Below, piece after piece: positions 58,332 to 64,000 of a stretch of DNA of 64,000 bases. The translations under genes were made by a program, and so were the position numbers. Under the pieces are notes generated by a model. That model was not told the origin of the DNA. It ran no database searches and saw only the letters and a list, made by a program, of their open reading frames with translations. The stretch covers positions 123,936-187,935 of the IMG/VR virus record IMGVR_UViG_3300047560_001714, one strand, 5' to 3'. This stretch comes from a virus. The first letter of the stretch is position 1. Every line of letters begins with the position of its first letter.

Positions 58332-60446
58332 TTATCCGCCAGTATAAATTATATAATTTATCGTTAAATATGGATTCATCATGTTAAGTGGATCACCGTG
58401 GGTGTCTGATAATACACCACCACTATTCGCTAGGCCAGAACCGCTACTAGAGCTAGGTAAACCATATCCAGGGGTAGCATTGGCATCCGCAGCTGCACCA
58501 GGAATACCAGCGGCATAATATTGGGCTGATGAACTTCTCATATTATGTTTATGTTCTGGTAAATTACCAACAGTAATAGAGCGATATTCACTTCCAGAAC
58601 CTTGCCCAACCACATCAGCGGTTGCATCAACCACTCTGTTAATTGCACCACCACCAGCATCAATCATTACTTTAATATTAGTTTTACTTGGAATGGTTTT
58701 CGCATTGTCCATGTTATCTCTACCCAATGCAAAGCGTCCGCGTAAATCTGGTAACGCAAATGTGGCATTACCTACTAATAAATTAGCTGGTTTATATGTA
58801 TAACCAATCAATCCATACAACGTTAAATAATCTGCAATCAGAACTTCACTACCATCACATAATAGATATCCACTTGGAATAGTATTACCAGCAAATGGCA
58901 GAATAGTACCAACTGGTACCGTTGGAATACTAGCAACAAACGCACCTTTCGTTATTCTTTTTAATCCGCCAGCTTGACCAATACCGTCACGATACAACAA
59001 AATCTGATCGGCGTTTGTGGCCGATGAAATAGACGGTCTTCCAGTGATTATAGATGATGATACAGTCGTCGTGAATGCAGCAGTTCCACTATTTTGTCCA
59101 TCAAAAACAATGTCATTACTTACAACATCACCGTCAACTCTAAATGTGGTTGAGCTTGACAACTTAGATGCGGTAATACTACCAGAAAACGACCCGTTGA
59201 ATGTACCAGCAAAGGTACCAACAAAAGACTGGGCATATATATTTCTAAATCTATATGTCGGTGAACCAATGTCGTAAATATTATCAGTAATTGGTGATAT
59301 TATAGTTGTCCCCAATGCACTTGAGTCTTGAATTACCTCAGTGGTCAAACCAAGATATAACCTATCAGATGTATATAACGCTCCACCAAATTGCGATGTT
59401 TTTAATACAGCCAATCCACCATTAGTGAATATACTAGCGGAATCATTTGCGGTTGCACCAGATGCATCCAACGTACTATTAACTATAATATTACCAGATA
59501 ACGCTAAATTTCCGTTAACGTCTAATGCTTCTTGTGGTGCGGTGGTATTAATACCAATCTTTGATGTTGCAGTAACATGAAGTGCAGTATTGATTGTTGT
59601 ATTATTGGTAACATTGAATGATAATGAGTTACCACTAGTTTTTGAATATAATATGGTACCAGATGTACCAGTACTAATATTAAAACTTAAATCAGAACCT
59701 ATACTTACACCACCTGCGGCACGCACGCTCAGTGGCACATCCATTGGTACCGATGCATCTGACCGAATAAATTTACTTGCCGCGACACTAGAACCACCCA
59801 CAACCAATGCGGTTGCTTGGTTTGTGGTTCCCCAAATTTTCGCGCTAGAATCAACCGATGTAATATTAATACCAGCATTAATGATACTAAACCCTGCTAT
59901 TGACAATTTTGGGGTGAATGATGCACTACTAATAATTAATACCAACATATTATCAGAATATATACTGGTAATATTATGTGAAATGTCGTTGGTATCTATA
60001 ACTGTTTCAACAACGGGTCCAGTTTTTAATCCAACACTATATTGTGGACCTACTAATACCCAGGTTGAACCAGAATAAATGAATAATTGTTGGGTGTCGG
60101 TACTTACCCAGATGTCACCATTATTTCCAGTCAATGGTCTGGCATCATATGATGCTTTAACAATTGAACCAGCAGGTGACCAGCTTGTGCCATCGTAAAT
60201 TTTTAATACAGATGCCCCAATACTGTTATCATACCAAAGTTGTCCTTCCACTGGATTAACTGGTTCTGAACCACTTGCAAAGTTTTCCAATAAATGCAAG
60301 AAATTCTCACCGATTACTGAACCATACCCTGCATAGTTTTTACCAGGTAACGTTAAACTTGTTTCATTATTAATAATACGATCTTCAACCACAAGTGGTG
60401 GTTTAGATGGATTTGTGGTTTCGGTATATTTTACTTGATATGTCAT
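58332..60446 (-). CDS. Short tail fibre with phage tail collar domain
   Basis: PVGTILPFAG..IPSGYLLCDGSEV...Y..LY.LIG.TY....FALPDLRGRF. Confidence 0.82.
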   Translation of the reverse strand: MTYQVKYTETTNPSKPPLVVEDRIINNETSLTLPGKNYAGYGSVIGENFLHLLENFASGSEPVNPVEGQLWYDNSIGASVLKIYDGTSWSPAGSIVKASYDARPLTGNNGDIWVSTDTQQLFIYSGSTWVLVGPQYSVGLKTGPVVETVIDTNDISHNITSIYSDNMLVLIISSASFTPKLSIAGFSIINAGINITSVDSSAKIWGTTNQATALVVGGSSVAASKFIRSDASVPMDVPLSVRAAGGVSIGSDLSFNISTGTSGTILYSKTSGNSLSFNVTNNTTINTALHVTATSKIGINTTAPQEALDVNGNLALSGNIIVNSTLDASGATANDSASIFTNGGLAVLKTSQFGGALYTSDRLYLGLTTEVIQDSSALGTTIISPITDNIYDIGSPTYRFRNIYAQSFVGTFAGTFNGSFSGSITASKLSSSTTFRVDGDVVSNDIVFDGQNSGTAAFTTTVSSSIITGRPSISSATNADQILLYRDGIGQAGGLKRITKGAFVASIPTVPVGTILPFAGNTIPSGYLLCDGSEVLIADYLTLYGLIGYTYKPANLLVGNATFALPDLRGRFALGRDNMDNAKTIPSKTNIKVMIDAGGGAINRVVDATADVVGQGSGSEYRSITVGNLPEHKHNMRSSSAQYYAAGIPGAAADANATPGYGLPSSSSGSGLANSGGVLSDTHGDPLNMMNPYLTINYIIYTGG

Positions 60447-60447
60447 T

Positions 60448-61056
60448 TTATACTCCCACTAATCCAGTTAAACTTTGAATTCTAACTGTATAATCCACCT
60501 GAATTAACCGATTTAATGATTTTTGTACTGGATGGAATATTACATGTGTCAATAATAACTCATCACCAGTTGAACTATAACTTTTTAACCCAAGTTCATC
60601 GAATACATACGCACTTTCATTATTTGTTACGTTATCATATGCAAGTTGGTCGGTTGGCTCACCATAATCCAACAAACAAGTTACAAAAACATCAGTATAA
60701 TTAGTACCAGTAACATGTCTAGGCTCAATAAAATTACGTGTAGGATCAACATTATTACTAGATCTATCATCAACAACTTTTGCATACGTTTCATTATACA
60801 ATGACGCATTTACACCAGAACTATTTGGTGTCAAATATGTAATAATACCAGTGGGATCAACAGCGGTACCACCATTTCCAAATGCCATTTTATATATAAA
60901 ACCATTCCCGCTGTTTGCTATACTATTGGCTAACGCAATACTCATATGTTCATAATGTATTGCGTTACGCTTGTTTACGAATATTTCGTTGGTATCTGGG
61001 GACCATATTTTAATATGGCCCTCAATGTGAATACCGGTTTTATCTTTAGTTTGCAT
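60448..61056 (-). CDS. Virion structural protein
   Basis: NAIH, MAFGNGG, FDELGL, LLTHVIFHPVQKS in a baseplate context. Confidence 0.6.
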   Translation of the reverse strand: MQTKDKTGIHIEGHIKIWSPDTNEIFVNKRNAIHYEHMSIALANSIANSGNGFIYKMAFGNGGTAVDPTGIITYLTPNSSGVNASLYNETYAKVVDDRSSNNVDPTRNFIEPRHVTGTNYTDVFVTCLLDYGEPTDQLAYDNVTNNESAYVFDELGLKSYSSTGDELLLTHVIFHPVQKSLNRLIQVDYTVRIQSLTGLVGV

Positions 61057-61077
61057 AGAACTCTCTCTTTATCCCTA

Positions 61078-61084
61078 TATTTAT
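61078..61084 (-). promoter_or_regulatory. Late promoter core ATAAATA
   Basis: The + strand reads TATTTAT; about 22 nt upstream of ATG 61056. Confidence 0.5.
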
Positions 61085-61109
61085 CATACCAAAATAACTA
61101 TGAGTTTAA

Positions 61110-64000
61110 TTACCTCATTGATGTGTAATGAACCCCAGGAACCGCATCTATAAAGGTATATTGACTTCCATCGTATGATAAAGTTGGTGTTGAAACCCCC
61201 CACACTTTACCAGTTCTGTGTACAATAGTAACATACGTTCCATAATCTAATTTATTTGTTAACCAAATTGTGTTAGTACCATTAGCTGAAAATTCTGCAT
61301 CCATCTGTACATCACCTTCTGAACTTTCAGGATGAATATTTACATCGTGAACTTTATATGGGGCTTTCTTTAATCGAATGTTACCAATGAAGAATTGCCA
61401 ATTAGTATAATCATCTTTAAAACGTGTTGTGCTAGTATGTGCAACTATACATCTATAAGTGTAACTATTTACAATCACAATATCCCCAATAATATACGAT
61501 TGACCTGACTCCCATACTGAATTGTCGTTATATCCACCAACAAATACCTCAATATCATCAGTCATACCATATCCATCTGGAATGGTTGATGTAAAGCCAT
61601 CAACGTATGTGCGTTCAACCGATGATACCGATGGTGTCAATGATATTTCTAATTCATTTGTTCCGTTTGACATTACCTGTTGAATGTTAATATTATCAAC
61701 ATATGGTATATTTTCAGATGCACCAATCTCTTGAACATATGTTCCTGCAACATGGATAGTAGGCGTACCAGTACCAAGTGTACCACGACGAATTTTACTC
61801 AATACGTTCCCGGTTATTCCAAAAAACTCAATTCTCTCACCACGAATTTCGATAATACCAGGTTTATTTGCTGCTGGATTAGGTAAATCAAAATTGCTTG
61901 CATCCTCAACCGTAATAGTAATATCATTAACATGTAAATCTTGTACCAACTTAGTTTGTTTATGGGCACTCAATCTCTTATAATGGGTTCTATTCAACAT
62001 ATCCTTAAACTGCATGTATGATGTTGTATATTTTAATATATTATTTCCATATACCATTATCATAAACGTATCAGCATCAGACACTAGGGAATTTATTAAC
62101 ACGGTTTGTCTATCATCATCTAACTTAAAGTCAACACTCTTTGTTAATAACTTACCATTCATTACCACCCAAACATAATTATCATCGACCGGTTGATTTC
62201 TTAATTTAATAGACCCACCAGTGATATTTTTATATGTAAAATATTCAACACTATCAGGTGTTAATACAATAGAATTATTAATAACTTCGGTTGTTGTCTC
62301 AATATTTAAACTATCATGAATGTACGAACTAACCACCTCTATGTACTCATAATCAGTATTATTTGTAATAGTCAATTGTGCTTTTGCATTTTTAGTCTGT
62401 GGTGTTATAAAGTAACCATTCTCATTTACCACACTGACAATCAATGTATGATTTGCATATTTTGCTGCAATTGATCTAACCAAGGTTATTTCATTAGTTG
62501 TTACATCAAAAGTATATTCAGATCCAATTCTTAATATCGTATTATCAACATATAAATAAATTTTATCTATTCCAACTGTATGCGGTAAGAACTTAGAATC
62601 ATCAATTAGATACTTCAACTTATTTTTCTTTACAGTGAAATAAATGTTGTTTGGTCCAGCTAAAATTACACTACCATCCGATATGGTTTTACCTATAACA
62701 ATCATGCTTGATTCTAACGGATATGAATTACCAATATAAGAATCTATTTGCATTACTTGCGATGGGTTGGCAATTCTTTCATTACTAGTAACAGCAAAGG
62801 TTGATGCGGCACTGTTAACAATGATAAAAGTTATTAAATCATTCAGAGCTGGGGCAACTGAAAATCTTAAACCGACCATATTACTTAATGGATAGTCTGT
62901 GCTAGTCGCAAAGATCGTGCAGTCTGACACAATTCCATTTACATAAACCAACGACGAAATAGTTGATGAATATTCAGCATTTGTAATAAATTCGGTTGTT
63001 TCCCCATCGGCAACAATAGAATCATAATCTAATATATTGTTTCCACTTACACCAATATTAAATATTGACACAATACTTTTAGCAGCTGGTGTCACCTGGA
63101 GTTCAATTGTTTGATCTTTAAAATTAACATCGTATCCAGTTGAAGAAACTATCTCATCATCAACTTTGACAATAATAGCTTCCATACTATTTGGTAATTG
63201 CGACATATTAAATATGGTCGAAACACCATCAGCAACAATGGTATCAACTTTAACATGTGCTGCACCATTTCTTGGACTATCAAATACTTTTATTGCAACT
63301 GCATCAACTACTTGTCCTGGAACAACTTCTTCTGGTGCTGGACTAGTCGTTTCACTTACAAACGCGTCACCATCAACAACTATATCATCCGCCGCAATAC
63401 CAGTGGCAGTACTATACGCCATATTTCCGCCAGTTAATGCCGTATCATAATCATCAACTTGGGGTGCAATCGCACCGTCACTCGTACTTCTACGTAAAGT
63501 AAATATGTCACCCTCGTTTACAGTTTCTGAAAAATATGATGGTAACATAATTGCTACACTAGATGCACCAACGACAACTGCTGGCGCACTAGATGTACCA
63601 ATAATTGGTGTTGCCATAATTGCATTTACGTTCGTTTGGTCAGGTGTTCCAAAATTAACATCATCAATACGTTTTGGTTGATATATTCCTTTTACCTCTA
63701 ACATATTACTTGCATTAATCACATATTTCATAGTAAGAACCATACCGAGAATAGCATCACGCGCAACGGTATAATCCTGATTTTCAGAAATTGGATGTCT
63801 AAAAGTAATTGATGTATTATTACTAACATCACCAAATACTATTTGATTTAAAGTAACAGTCGTCAATGTAATCGCCGTAACTTTAGTTTCGTAACTGAAT
63901 AATAATGGATTACTGTCACAAGTGACCACATCATCCACGGAAATTCCGGTGGTTGAATGTAAATTAAGAATATGAGATCCTTTTGCGGTTACTGCGCTAA
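61110..64000 (-). CDS. Large baseplate-wedge-like structural protein, 5'-partial
   Basis: Frame is open to the window edge; repeated V.V.NG/DG beta modules. Confidence 0.65.
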   Translation of the reverse strand, partial: SAVTAKGSHILNLHSTTGISVDDVVTCDSNPLLFSYETKVTAITLTTVTLNQIVFGDVSNNTSITFRHPISENQDYTVARDAILGMVLTMKYVINASNMLEVKGIYQPKRIDDVNFGTPDQTNVNAIMATPIIGTSSAPAVVVGASSVAIMLPSYFSETVNEGDIFTLRRSTSDGAIAPQVDDYDTALTGGNMAYSTATGIAADDIVVDGDAFVSETTSPAPEEVVPGQVVDAVAIKVFDSPRNGAAHVKVDTIVADGVSTIFNMSQLPNSMEAIIVKVDDEIVSSTGYDVNFKDQTIELQVTPAAKSIVSIFNIGVSGNNILDYDSIVADGETTEFITNAEYSSTISSLVYVNGIVSDCTIFATSTDYPLSNMVGLRFSVAPALNDLITFIIVNSAASTFAVTSNERIANPSQVMQIDSYIGNSYPLESSMIVIGKTISDGSVILAGPNNIYFTVKKNKLKYLIDDSKFLPHTVGIDKIYLYVDNTILRIGSEYTFDVTTNEITLVRSIAAKYANHTLIVSVVNENGYFITPQTKNAKAQLTITNNTDYEYIEVVSSYIHDSLNIETTTEVINNSIVLTPDSVEYFTYKNITGGSIKLRNQPVDDNYVWVVMNGKLLTKSVDFKLDDDRQTVLINSLVSDADTFMIMVYGNNILKYTTSYMQFKDMLNRTHYKRLSAHKQTKLVQDLHVNDITITVEDASNFDLPNPAANKPGIIEIRGERIEFFGITGNVLSKIRRGTLGTGTPTIHVAGTYVQEIGASENIPYVDNINIQQVMSNGTNELEISLTPSVSSVERTYVDGFTSTIPDGYGMTDDIEVFVGGYNDNSVWESGQSYIIGDIVIVNSYTYRCIVAHTSTTRFKDDYTNWQFFIGNIRLKKAPYKVHDVNIHPESSEGDVQMDAEFSANGTNTIWLTNKLDYGTYVTIVHRTGKVWGVSTPTLSYDGSQYTFIDAVPGVHYTSMR

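Noticed and set aside
1-64000. Bacterial chromosome origin (dnaJ, clpA, groES, thyX, phoH, dnaE-like)
   Set aside because: These genes are interspersed with tail fibres, T4-type PolB, clamp loader and late promoters, and no housekeeping operon context is present.
1-64000. Stop-codon reassignment
   Set aside because: Long conserved genes are intact under code 11, and TAG and TGA end genes at coupled junctions.
1-64000. tRNA, rRNA and homing endonuclease genes
   Set aside because: Intergenic gaps are too short, and I saw no cloverleaf, HNH, GIY-YIG or LAGLIDADG motif.

Overview
AT-rich, densely coded window from a large T4-like (jumbo-type) myovirus genome, translated with standard code 11. 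I found no tRNA, rRNA, CRISPR array or IS element. Layout: (1) 1-10.9 kb, + strand tail and baseplate genes; (2) 10.9-19.9 kb, a DnaE palm fragment, GroES, clamp loader, PhoH, a GH19 endolysin/holin cassette and a dnaJ-clpA operon; (3) 19.9-29.6 kb, a block behind a late-promoter-like motif, most of whose proteins have a short N-terminal leader ending in (L/I/M)-x-E, similar to T4 internal head proteins processed by the prohead protease. This block encodes a three-fold nucleotidyltransferase trio (Pol-beta-like, RNA-ligase-like, HIGH-motif), a GNAT-like acetyltransferase, an ADP-ribosyltransferase, a protein-kinase-like enzyme and a peptidoglycan-binding, ejection-like protein; (4) 29.6-44.9 kb, early/replication genes with near-consensus sigma70 promoters (PolB, probable sliding clamp, adenine MTase, 5'-3' exonuclease, MoxR-VWA pair, ThyX); (5) 44.9-64 kb, - strand tail-fibre and baseplate genes followed by a translationally coupled four-glycosyltransferase operon, one member of which carries tandem pseudo-GT repeats. 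The strongest candidates for an undescribed system are the putative capsid-packaged protein-modification cassette with its nucleotidyltransferase trio, and the late glycosylation operon. All functional calls come from reading motifs by eye; no searches were run.
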